The notes beneath the pieces are model-generated. The model saw only the letters and a list, made by a program, of their open reading frames with translations, was not told the DNA's origin and did no database searches. Source: Wolbachia endosymbiont of Drosophila innubila (GTDB taxonomy: Bacteria; Pseudomonadota; Alphaproteobacteria; Rickettsiales; Anaplasmataceae). Taken from it: a stretch of 32,000 nucleotides of DNA. The stretch spans positions 1,080,001 to 1,112,000 of the forward strand of contig NZ_CP076228.1 of NCBI RefSeq assembly GCF_021378375.1. Reading direction: 5' to 3'. The number at the start of each line of letters is the position of its first letter. Positions within the stretch are counted from its first letter, which is position 1. Of this stretch, positions 17,091-26,100 are shown piece after piece. Position numbers and translations under genes: made by a program.

Positions 17091-18221
17091 ATACCAACTA
17101 ATTTTTTCAACAGCTTCATCGAAAGTATTAACTGAAAGATTCGTTAATAGCATCCATTCTAGCGGTTTTTTTTAAGGGAAGGGGAGTTTTCTCAACAACA
17201 TAAACTGCATAAAGTGGTAATTTAGGTAGTTCTTCCGTCTTATGCCTAATATTATTCTTAGATGGATTCATCATAAACTTTCCAAATCTAACTTCCAAAC
17301 GTGCTGTTCTTTTTGGCTTATTATCTTTTACAGGAACTTCAACTTCTACCGTACCTGCACAATGAGAGGATTTAATAAATGCCCATAACTTCTGCTCACC
17401 TTTTTCAGGATATCGAGATTTTCTATTTACTGCTCTATCTCTGCATGCTCTAACTAGCACTGCCGAATTAAGATTATGTGCAAGCTCAAAAAAGTCATAT
17501 ATATCTGCTTCTCTATCGCATACAGTTATAGTCTCAGTTTGAGTTGGATCAATAATATTATTTGTTTTTCTTAAAGTTTCCAACCACTTTACGCTTTCTT
17601 TATCTTCAATGCGATCGCTCTTTTTTAAGGTTCTCAGTTTCTTCAGGTCTTGAATAAACTTTTTGATCTAGTATCCCTAGTACCAAACCTTCTATACTAA
17701 CGGCAAGAGCTGTATGCATTATAATACCTTTTGCAGTATCATAACTGGACAAATTTGCTAATCCGCTTGTTTTTTTATGGTTATTATATACAATGTAACT
17801 GGTATCTTGAATGACAAGAACCCTCTTGTGAGCTTTTGTTCTCTCAACCGTCTTATTAATATGTGTAGCTAAAATATCACTTTCTTTTACATTCTCATTT
17901 TGAAAAAAACGTTATGCTGTTTTTGCTTCTGACCAACTTTCACATGCTTGATTAATCTAACTTTCAGGTAATTTTGTCAAACATATCAGCAATCTTTACT
18001 AATCGCTCAGTTAACCTTTTATCTCCAAATTCATTTTTAGCCCATTCACTACTTTTACTTGCCATTTTACACCCTCAATATTTGCAAACTTTAATATTGT
18101 AATATTTTACTTTTTAGTCCATTTATATTTGTGGGTAATAGTAAGGAATGACACCGTCTTGATGGAAACCAGTGTCAGCTACTTTCATGACACCATCACA
18201 AGGTGAAACTGGATCCCAGTG

Positions 18222-19263
18222 GGCTTTGTTGCATCGCTCAAGTGAAAAGAACTGGCAGTTACTGACAAAATTCATTATAAATAGCCATTTAACTGTTGAA
18301 GAAAAAATATGCCACAAAAATGAGAGTCAGTAGCCATGAATATAACAAATTTCTCCAAGAAAGAGGAAGCATTTTTGTTATATCAATGACGCCATAGAAA
18401 ATTGGTACGAGAATTGTCCAAAATGCAGGGCGGCAACTATATTTATAGTGATAAAGTTGTGATTTTGGTGCATATAATCGTCAGTTTCTTTAGAATTGGT
18501 TTAAGACAAACAGTCGGGTTTATAAAAGGGTATTTGCAACAAATAGGAAGAGATTTGCAGCTATTCACAAGCATCAAAAGAAACTTAATATTAAGATAAA
18601 TGATTGCAGAAAATAATATGGAAGATATCGAAATTGCTATAGACAGTACAGGAATTAGTATATACAACAACACACAGCAAGGAAAATAGCACTGACAGAA
18701 AATATCGTGGCTATGAGCAAACGAGAAAATTGCACGTAATGTTGAATATAAACAACAAAAAAGCCATAGCTGTAAAATACAGTAACGGCTGATCACTATG
18801 GAGCTTGTGATTTGCTAAAAGAAGTTGATTTCAGCATGCCATAAAAGCACTATATGCAGATAGGGCATATGACAGAGAAAAGCTCTATAAGCTGTGTAAT
18901 CAATATGGTATAAAACGAAAATTCCTCCGAAAAAACAACGCAGCAGAGCATCCAAAGTTAGACTATATGGCTGAGAGAAATTCTGCAGTCAAGCTCATAA
19001 AGTCATATGATGAAGATGGTATAAAGAAGTGGAAAAAAGAGATGAGTTATGGAAAAAGATCTTATATAGAAAGTTTTTTCTCGCGACTGAAACAAACATT
19101 CGGGTTTAGTTTTAGGAATAAATCTGAGACAAATAGAGAGAAGGAACTACTTGTTAAATGCTATTTGCTCAATAAGTTCACTGATATTGGTATGGCTAAA
19201 TTTGAGATAGTTACATGAATTTACCATAAATCACCATCTCATAAAGCGTGATGCAACAAAGCC
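18222..19263 (+). mobile_element. IS5-family, IS903-group insertion sequence, copy B (uninterrupted, transposase frameshifted)
   Basis: Same GGCTTTGTTGCATC inverted repeats as copy A. The 9-bp direct repeat ATCCCAGTG is on both flanks (18213-18221 and 19264-19272). C-terminal ORF 18967..19218 has YGKRSYIESFFSRLKQTFGFSFRNKSE...KCYLLNKFTDIGMAKFEIVT. Several 1-bp and 3-bp indels relative to copy A lie in the 5' half. Confidence 0.88.
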
Positions 19264-19340
19264 ATCCCAGTGTCAGCTACTTGGATGACAAGAAAGGGAG
19301 CACTGGAATGACAGGAGATGATGGAGTGACAGGGAGTAAT

Positions 19341-19568
19341 ACAAAAAGTTTCGTCATCCCCATTGAATCGGCTTTAAAATCGATGTTCAAAGTTGAAATT
19401 TCCCTAGAAGATGCGGGGAAAATCAGAAAAGGTCAGGAAGTTGTATTAAATAACTTGCGTAATTTAAAGAATCATGATATTTGTTGTACGGTGGTGGGTA
19501 GTGTACCTATTGCAATCTGCAGTTTTATTTATGGTTGTGTGAAACCTATTCGTGTTTTTAATATTTAA
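19341..19568 (+). pseudogene. truB: 3' remnant of tRNA pseudouridine(55) synthase TruB (C-terminal PUA-like segment only)
   Basis: The tail of ORF 19248..19568 (SFVIPIESALKSMFKVEISLEDAGKIRKGQEVVLNNL...VPIAICSFIYGCVKPIRVFNI) fits the TruB C-terminus (..a..ir.Gq.v......l.p.rvF). It sits in the conserved truB-rpsO-pnp position. The first ~30 codons of the ORF are read-through of a palindromic repeat. Confidence 0.55.
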
Positions 19569-19580
19569 AATGAGGTTTAG

Positions 19581-19853
19581 ATGTCGATAACATCCGAAAA
19601 GAAAAAGAGTTTGATAAATATATATGCAATTAAAGGAGATGATACAGGCTCATCTTTTGTACAATGTGCAATTTTGACCGAGAGGATCAGTAACTTAACT
19701 GAGCATTTTAAAGTGCACAAGCATGACCATCACTCTAAGCGTGGTTTACTTATATTGATAGGTAGAAGACGCAAGCACTTAAATTATATAAAGCGTAAAT
19801 TTAGTAATGAAGCCTATCAGGAATTAATAGAGAAGTTAGGCATTAGAAAATAA
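19581..19853 (+). CDS. rpsO: 30S ribosomal protein S15
   Basis: 90-aa ORF with [51 protein letters not shown], the canonical S15 pattern. Confidence 0.95.
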   Translation: MSITSEKKKSLINIYAIKGDDTGSSFVQCAILTERISNLTEHFKVHKHDHHSKRGLLILIGRRRKHLNYIKRKFSNEAYQELIEKLGIRK

Positions 19854-19867
19854 TCGAGGAATTTAAT

Positions 19868-22141
19868 ATGTTTAAAATTATAAAAAAATCTATAGAGTGG
19901 GGTGGTCGTGCCTTATCTTTAGAAACAGGAAAAATAGCACGCCAAGCTCATGGTTCAGTAGTTGTAAATTACGGTGATACTTCTGTTTTAGTAACTGTTG
20001 TACGTAAAAAGAAGGAAGAAAGCGTTGATTTCCTACCTTTAAATGTGCAGTTTATCGCAAAAAGCTATGCCATGGGTAAGATCCCTGGCGGGTTTTTTAA
20101 AAGAGAAGGCAAGCCATCTGATAGAGAAACTTTAATCTCAAGAGTAATAGATAGAAGTATAAGACCACTATTCCCAGAAGGATTTCATGATGAAATTAGT
20201 GTGGTGTGCAATCTATTAACTTATGATACAGTCAATCCTCCTGAAGTGCCAGCATTGATTGGTGCTGTTGCAGCTCTTGCAATTTCTGGTGTTCCCTTTC
20301 ACTTTACTATAGCTGGAGTGATGGTTGGTTGTGATAAAAATAATAACTATATACTCAACCCTTCTGTTCAAGAGATGAAAGCAAGCAGCTTGGATCTGTT
20401 TTTGTCTGGTGATGAAAATTCAATTTTAATGGTTGAATCAGAAGTGAAAGAGCTCTCTGAAGAAAATGTTTTTAATGCAATAAAATTTGGCCATGAACAC
20501 CTTAAGCCTGTCATTAAGCTCATAAAAGAGTTTGCTGATACAATTGGCAATAAACCTGAGAGCTTTGCCCCTATTGATGCATCAGATATAACACAAGAGC
20601 TCGAAAAATACGGTAAAGATTTTGAAAAAGCATATTCGCAAACAGTAAAACAAGAGCGAGTTCAAGCTCTAGAAGCGATCAGAGAGAATATATTGAATAC
20701 TCTTAAAGAAACTGGAAAAGACGAAAAGTTAATTACGTATGCAGTAAAAAACTTTGAAAGATCTTTAGTACGTGAAATAATTAGGAAGAAAAGTGTAAGG
20801 ATAGACGGTCGTAAGCATGATGAGATACGTCAGATAGAAGTTGAAGTTGATATTCTGCCCAAAACTCACGGTTCTGCACTATTTACAAGAGGCAATACTC
20901 AGGCACTGGTTGTTACTGCTCTTGGCACCACTCAAGATGAGCAAATTGTGGATGATATTGAAGGGGATAGACGTGAGCATTTCATGTTGCATTATAACTT
21001 TCCCTCATTTGCTGTTGGAGAAACTTCTGCTGCGCGTGCACCAGGAAGAAGAGAAATCGGTCATGGCAAACTTGCTTGGAAAGCAATTCATCCTGTTTTA
21101 CCCGATAAGTCTGAATTTCCTTATACAATAAGAGTAGTGTCCGAAATTTTGGAGTCTGATGGTTCTTCTTCTATGGCAACAGTTTGTGGGACTTCTCTTG
21201 CTTTAATGGATACGGGCGTGCCAATAAAGGCCCCTGTTGCTGGAATTGCTATGGGTCTCATCAAAGATAAAGACGAGTATGTAATACTTTCCGATATACT
21301 TGGTGATGAAGATTATCTTGGTGATATGGACTTTAAAGTAGCAGGAACTAGTGAAGGGGTTACGGCGCTACAAATGGACATGAAAATTTCTGGTATAAGC
21401 TTTGAAATTGTTGAAAAATCTTTAGAACAGGCAAAAGCTGGAAGATTACATATTTTAGAAAAAATGAATGCAGTGATTTCAGAACACAGTGATGATGTCA
21501 AAGACCATGCACCAAGGATGTTATCATTTTACATAGATAAAGACAAAATTTCTGCTGCTATAGGTTCTAAGGGGAAAAATATACGCAGTGTGTGTGAAAG
21601 AAGTAATGCAAAAATTGAAATAGGAGATGATGGTAAAGTTTCTGTTTTTGCTACGAGTGGCACTGAAGCTGAAATTGCAAAGAGTATGATGATTGATTCA
21701 ATAACAGAACTAGAACAAGGTTCTATAGTTGATGTCAAGGTTGTAAGAATAGAGAAGTCTATTGTAGAGCTTGAATTTCTTAATGGCAGAAAAGGAAAAA
21801 TGCACATAAGTGAAGTAGCTAATGAACATATAGATTCTATAGAGAGCGTACTTAAACAAGATGATACTTTCAAAGCACTAGTAATTGACTTTGAAAAAGG
21901 TGGGTGTCCAAAGTTGTCAAGACGTCGGGTTGATCAAGAGACGGGAGAGTTTTTTGAAGGTGAGCTTTACAACGAGGAAAGGAAAGATGGTCCAAATGAC
22001 AGGGATAATTATTACAATAATTCATTTAGTAGAAAACCTGGAGGAAGTCACCATAAGAGGCCTCCTCGTCCTCATTCTGGTTTCAGCAACAGAAATAGGC
22101 CGAAATTTGGTAATAATGATTCATCATCAGGTTTTTATTAA
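19868..22141 (+). CDS. pnp: Polyribonucleotide nucleotidyltransferase (PNPase)
   Basis: 757-aa ORF with two RNase PH domains (GSALFTRGNTQALV, SSSMATVCGTSLALMDTGVP), KH and S1 domains, and a basic low-complexity C-terminal tail. It starts 14 bp after rpsO. Confidence 0.97.
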   Translation: MFKIIKKSIEWGGRALSLETGKIARQAHGSVVVNYGDTSVLVTVVRKKKEESVDFLPLNVQFIAKSYAMGKIPGGFFKREGKPSDRETLISRVIDRSIRPLFPEGFHDEISVVCNLLTYDTVNPPEVPALIGAVAALAISGVPFHFTIAGVMVGCDKNNNYILNPSVQEMKASSLDLFLSGDENSILMVESEVKELSEENVFNAIKFGHEHLKPVIKLIKEFADTIGNKPESFAPIDASDITQELEKYGKDFEKAYSQTVKQERVQALEAIRENILNTLKETGKDEKLITYAVKNFERSLVREIIRKKSVRIDGRKHDEIRQIEVEVDILPKTHGSALFTRGNTQALVVTALGTTQDEQIVDDIEGDRREHFMLHYNFPSFAVGETSAARAPGRREIGHGKLAWKAIHPVLPDKSEFPYTIRVVSEILESDGSSSMATVCGTSLALMDTGVPIKAPVAGIAMGLIKDKDEYVILSDILGDEDYLGDMDFKVAGTSEGVTALQMDMKISGISFEIVEKSLEQAKAGRLHILEKMNAVISEHSDDVKDHAPRMLSFYIDKDKISAAIGSKGKNIRSVCERSNAKIEIGDDGKVSVFATSGTEAEIAKSMMIDSITELEQGSIVDVKVVRIEKSIVELEFLNGRKGKMHISEVANEHIDSIESVLKQDDTFKALVIDFEKGGCPKLSRRRVDQETGEFFEGELYNEERKDGPNDRDNYYNNSFSRKPGGSHHKRPPRPHSGFSNRNRPKFGNNDSSSGFY

Positions 22142-22166
22142 GAGTAAACTTCTTGCGTTACCTCTC

Positions 22167-22195
22167 GTCATTCCAGTGCTTAACACTGGAATGAC
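22167..22195. repeat. Perfect 12-bp-arm palindrome 25 bp downstream of the pnp stop (possible terminator derived from the palindromic repeat family)
   Basis: gtcattccagtg cttaa cactggaatgac. There is no clear T-run afterwards (accctttctgg). Confidence 0.7.
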
Positions 22196-22268
22196 ACCCT
22201 TTCTGGTGAAGGTTGTTCTCAAATCACAATGTTAGTACAATTGTGGTGTTAGCTATAGCTAACCCAAG

Positions 22269-22732
22269 GTATCTGTTCAGCGGAGTGGTAGAATAAGGTA
22301 GACAAAGCAAGATAATAAAGATAATCATAGAGCAAAAGTGAGGTAATGTGGTAAACCTTTGAGAACTTTGCAAAAATTTACAGCAAAAAATAGAAAAACT
22401 GAAAGCAGAGATAGAAAACTTAAAAGCAGAAAATAAAGCTTTAAAGATAGAGAACGCTGAATTAAAGGAAAGGCTTGGTTTAAACTCGAAAAATTCATCT
22501 CTACCGAGCTCTAAAGAATTGTACAAAACAAAAAAGGACAAGCCAAAAAGCGAAAGGAATGTTGGCGATCAGGTTGGGCATAAAGGAAATTTTCATGCTA
22601 CAATGGAAGCGGATAAAGTAGTAAAAATAGAGTTGCCTAATATTTGCGAATGCGGAGGAGAGCTTGTAATATGCGAAAAACCTTATGTTCACCAAAAAGT
22701 TGATCTTCCGGAAATTAGGCCTTATGTAGTAT
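22269..22732 (+). mobile_element. 5' fragment of an IS66-family element (terminal sequence plus N-terminal ~128 codons of transposase), truncated by IS630
   Basis: My translation from GTG 22348: VVNPLELCKNLQQKIEKLKAEIENLKAENKALKIENAELKERLGLNSKNSS...ICECGGELVICEKPYVHQKVDLPEIRPYVV. This is a leucine zipper plus the zinc-finger region typical of IS66 TnpC. The frame is cut at 22732 by the IS630 end. Confidence 0.75.
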
Positions 22733-23674
22733 AGCATTTCTCATAATAGTCCGAACAGGTCATAGGAAGGCAGAATCAACAGCACGACGAAAGGATTCGA
22801 ATAGAGGAATGTTTTTCCTGGCTCTGTTTTTTATAGCAAACCAATGATGCTCAATTTTGTTGAAATCTGGAGAATAAGGCGGCAGATACAAAATTTCTGC
22901 ACCAACCCCTTTAGCAAGCTCGATAATCTTATCAGACTTATGAAAAGTAGCATTGTCAAGAATGACAGTCTGTCCAGGTTCCAAGATCGGTGTCAAAAAT
23001 TGCTCAAACCATCCATTAAAAACATCCATATTACAGTGGCCTTCAAAGGTTAACGGAACAACTATCTTTCTTCCACTTAAGGCTGCAACCATACTGATTC
23101 GTTGAGTTTTCTTTCCAGATTTTAAGGCATAAAACCGCTGTCCTTTCTGGCAATATCCGTAGTTCGGTGTTATCAATGCCAGACTCATCTATATACACTA
23201 AGTTTTTAGGTTCTTTTGTCGCTATAATTTTCAAAAATTCAGCACGTTTTTCTTCGTTTCTTTCCTTGTATCCATATGTCTTTTTTTGCGCGTAAATCCA
23301 ATTTTTTTTAAGGGCTCGATAGATCGTTTGGATACTAACGTTGTTCCAAAGTTTAGCCATTTCCGATAGAGTCTTTCCTCCGTGTTCTCTGGCAAATTTG
23401 GCAAAGGTATCCCAGTCGGTAATTTTGTGATTGTAACCCCCATTTCCAAGTTTTTTTGATTGAAAGTCTCCTGTTTCTTTTCTTCTTTGCTGCCACTCCC
23501 ATAAAGTAGTTCGTCCAATCTTAAATCTTGCTGCCACTGTTTCTCTGCTTTCTCCTTCGTCTAGCGCTTCCATTGCTTTTTTTCTTAAATCATAACTATA
23601 TGCTGCTGGCATTCAACCTCCTTATCATCATCTACCCTTATCCTATCACATCCGGACTTTTATGGAAAGAGCTA
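22733..23674 (-). mobile_element. IS630/Tc1-mariner family insertion sequence (type B, different lineage from 12462-13390); transposase in two overlapping frames
   Basis: Imperfect inverted repeats TAGC(A/T)(T/C)TT(C/T)C(T/C)ATAA(T/A)AGTCCG at both ends, with TA flanks. ORF 23043..23612 holds the HTH N-terminus (...NLVYIDESGIDNTE). ORF 22760..23188 holds the DDE region (NYGYCQKGQRF...ILDNATFHK...YLPPYSPDFNKIEHHW). One frameshift near 23170 separates them. Confidence 0.88.
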
Positions 23675-23677
23675 TAA

Positions 23678-24590
23678 GAGGTTGTTCGGAAACTAGTAAA
23701 TTCAAGCATATTCCCTCTTTAACATAACCCTACTCATAGCTAGGTATATGAAATTCTCAGTGGATGTTGTGAGTAAATCATACTCCTTCGATAGCCTTCT
23801 ATTCCTATTAACCCAAGCAAAAGTCCTTTCTACAACCCATCTTCTTGGCTGTACTTTAAACCCTTGTTCTCTTGTTGGTAGTAGCTCAGGTGGCGTATCT
23901 TTGTGCACCCAAAATCTACATGGAGGCCTTTTAACAATTTCAATATCTATGTCATATTCTTCCTTTATGTGATTCTTTAAATTTCTTCCTTGGTATCCCA
24001 TGTCAGCCCACATTTTTTAACTTTAGTATATTTTGTTCTCATATTGTTTAATGCTATTTTAATACCATCTCTATCATTTTCGTTAGCAGCGCCTACGTAA
24101 CAACCTAGTATAAAACCCTGAGTGTCTGTAATTATATGCCTTTTTCTACCCTTTTTACTTTTTACTTCCATCATAGCTTTGATCCCCCCTTTTCTGTAGT
24201 CTTTACAGATTGACTATCTACTATACAGGCACTCGGCTGCTCATTCTTTCCTATTTTTCTTCTACTATATTTTGTAATTTCATAATTCATTTTCTCAAAA
24301 TTCCCTGCTTCTTCCATTGCCTGAACTGCTCATACACAGTCTTCCATAGCGGAAAATCATTTGGTAAATACCGCCATTGACACCCTGTACGCAATACATA
24401 GAAAATTGCTTCTAATATTTCTTTTTTGCTATACTTTGGCAGCCTTCCTCCTTTCTTGTATGATACTCTGAAGTGTTTTTCTATTCTTGCCCATTCCCTT
24501 TCGCTTAGATCTGTTGGATACTTTTTTCTCATCTTTACCCGTACTAAAATTTCAGATATTATAGCCTTTTACTTGTTTCCGGACAACCTT
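23678..24590 (-). mobile_element. IS5-family (ISWpi1-like) insertion sequence, copy 2; transposase in three frame fragments
   Basis: Same ends as copy 1. TAA lies on both flanks (23675-23677 and 24591-23593 read as 24591-24593). ORFs 24287..24532 (N-terminus, ...CQWRYLPNDFPLWKTVY), 23977..24174 and 23702..24013. The last is 100% identical in protein to 7190..7501. Confidence 0.9.
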
Positions 24591-24593
24591 TAA

Positions 24594-25781
24594 TATCACC
24601 TTCGAGTATCCATTGTAGTTGGTTACGGCTTGCCAGTAACAAGTGGCAAGCCACAGTAGCGTCTGCGCAGGATCTTTTTGGTCTAAAACCATAAGAGTGA
24701 CGATCACTGATCGTTTCAGCTATCGGTTCCAAAGCAAACAAGTATAATGCTTGCATGGCTCTATCTTTTATCGTAGGGATTCCAAGAGGTCTTCTTTTGC
24801 CATTAGACTTACTGATGTATATCCGTTTTAGCGGAGAAGGTTTGTATCCTCTTTGTTTTAATAGCTTTATTCCTTGAAATTTTGTGTTGCAAGTTGACCA
24901 TATTTGACGATCTACACCTGCTGTGTTTTTTCCTTGGTTTTCAGTTACTCTCTTAACCGCCAAAGCTTTGCCGCTAAAAGAGCGTGTGAGAAGGTGTTGT
25001 AAAGTTTTCACCTTACCCCATCTGCCTTGTTGGACAGCCTTAACAATACGCCTCTGTAGCCTCATAACAACTTTTTGGCATTTCTTCCAGGGTAACTGGT
25101 TCCATGCTTCGGAGTTATTGGTAGGTGCACTTACAGTTGTACTTGTAATCATCTGCTTTCCTACCTTAAGTGGTTAACAAAGTTTCTTGTCATGAAGGAC
25201 CAAATGGAAGTCTGCTCGTTTTCACGCGAATTAATGTTACAAATTCTATCCATTTCGTTACAAAATGGCATTCGCTTTCTCCATTATCCTTTACCTGCAC
25301 ATCCATCAGCATTCCTTGCGGGTTGCCTGCCATATAGGCGAAAATACAGGCTTATCCTGTTCCTTTTGTCATACAATAGTGGGTTAGGTGGCTTCTCTAT
25401 ACCGGTGGAATTATTATTTGCGTACATCCAGAAATGAAAAATGTCACATTACCTTTTGGTCGGAGCTTATCAGCATCTTTAGCTCTTTAATCGTTACGAT
25501 ACTTATGAAGCTTCACTTACGTTCACCATACCACTAAGCCTAGCCCTCCAACCACATGATGCTTGTAGTTTATGCTTTCTCTCACGATTGAGCATCTTCT
25601 TTATCAAGAGGAGGTTCATTGTCCGCGTCGCTCAGCACCAACTGGTTACCCAATTCGCACTGATGCGTAGACTCAGATGGCAAAACATCTGGCTCAATAA
25701 GCTTTAGAATCCTTTCAGTTTCTTTCTGAATGAATTCCTCTCCTTTTATAAACAATATGACCGAAGGCTTTCAGGTCGCAC
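24594..25781 (-). mobile_element. 5' portion of a group II intron (ribozyme domains I-IV 5' part plus the first ~190 codons of the RT/maturase), 3' end truncated by IS insertion
   Basis: The minus strand begins GTGCGACC at 25781. RT ORF 24559..25152 has KRVTENQGKNTAGVD, YKPSPLKRIYISKSNGKRRPLGIPTIKDRAMQ, SYGFRPKRSCADA and ILEGDIKG, then runs into the IS inverted repeat (CPETSKRL). About 630 nt lie between the 5' end and the RT ATG, as in known bacterial introns. Confidence 0.8.
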
Positions 25782-26033
25782 CATCTCAATTATATACCTG
25801 TTCCCACTAGAATCTCTGCAAAGAACATCAACGATACTTTGTTTTTTAGAGGCAATTTCAGCATCTTGAATAGTGCTGAGGAATTCTATTTCTTTTATTT
25901 CATCTTTGCCAGTGAACCCCAAAATATCATTGAGAAAGTGAATGAGGATGTCTTTATTTTTTTCAGTACCAAATATTTTTTTGAAGGTTAAATCCAGCTT
26001 AGGGTCGAGAAACTTAGATAAAGCCATAGCCAA
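25782..26033 (-). pseudogene. N-terminal 84 codons of an Rpn-family / PD-(D/E)XK recombination-promoting nuclease (putative transposase), interrupted by the group II intron
   Basis: MAMALSKFLDPKLDLTFKKIFGTEKNKDILIHFLNDIL...IVDVLCRDSSGNRYIIEM is the conserved N-terminus of this family (D...E-x-Q nuclease motif). The sequence breaks after EM, exactly where GTGCG starts. Confidence 0.75.
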
Positions 26034-26100
26034 AGTGCTTAAAAATATTAATAATTATACACTATTATTAACAATTATTCAACCATATTTTTGAAGATAG

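Larger units (their letters stand above)
15320..18145 (-). mobile_element. IS4-family (IS50/Tn5-like) insertion sequence, decayed, interrupted by an IS110-family element
   Basis: Perfect terminal inverted repeats of 24 bp or more: CTTACTATTACCCACAAATATAAA at 15320 and its complement ending at 18145. Transposase pieces on the minus strand: N-terminus from ~18066 (MASKSSEWAKNEFGDKRLTERLVKIADMF), middle 17128..17583 (CDREADIYDFFELA), C-terminus 15468..15745 (SLRWKIE...RYLTVMSIIAWRIFFIT). Confidence 0.85.

Noticed and set aside
19248-19340. N-terminal 30 codons of ORF 19248..19568 (MMQQSHPSVSYLDDKKGSTGMTGDDGVTGS)
   Set aside because: These codons are a translation of the IS target duplication and palindromic repeat units (atcccagtgtcagctacttggatgac...cactggaatgac), not genuine coding sequence. 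Only the distal part resembles TruB.
20368-22235. ORFs 20368..20550(-), 20841..21131(+), 21313..21501(-), 21529..21873(-), 21885..22235(+)
   Set aside because: All overlap the well-supported pnp frame and have Ser/Leu/Ile-rich mirror-frame composition.
22224-22737. ORFs 22224..22541(-) and 22501..22737(-)
   Set aside because: They are antisense to the IS66-type leucine-zipper/zinc-finger frame. Their Phe/Ser/Leu-rich translations mirror the Lys/Glu-rich sense frame.
24923-25437. ORFs 24923..25177(+) and 25192..25437(+)
   Set aside because: They are antisense to the group II intron RT and ribozyme region, which is better explained as intron RNA structure and the RT frame.
25656-25660. Second GTGCG (minus strand) as the intron 5' end, with 25661-25781 as a separate mini-intron remnant or exon
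   Set aside because: The Rpn-like homology stops exactly at 25782 and the first GTGCG follows directly. I kept it as an alternative in the finding, but it is not the preferred boundary.
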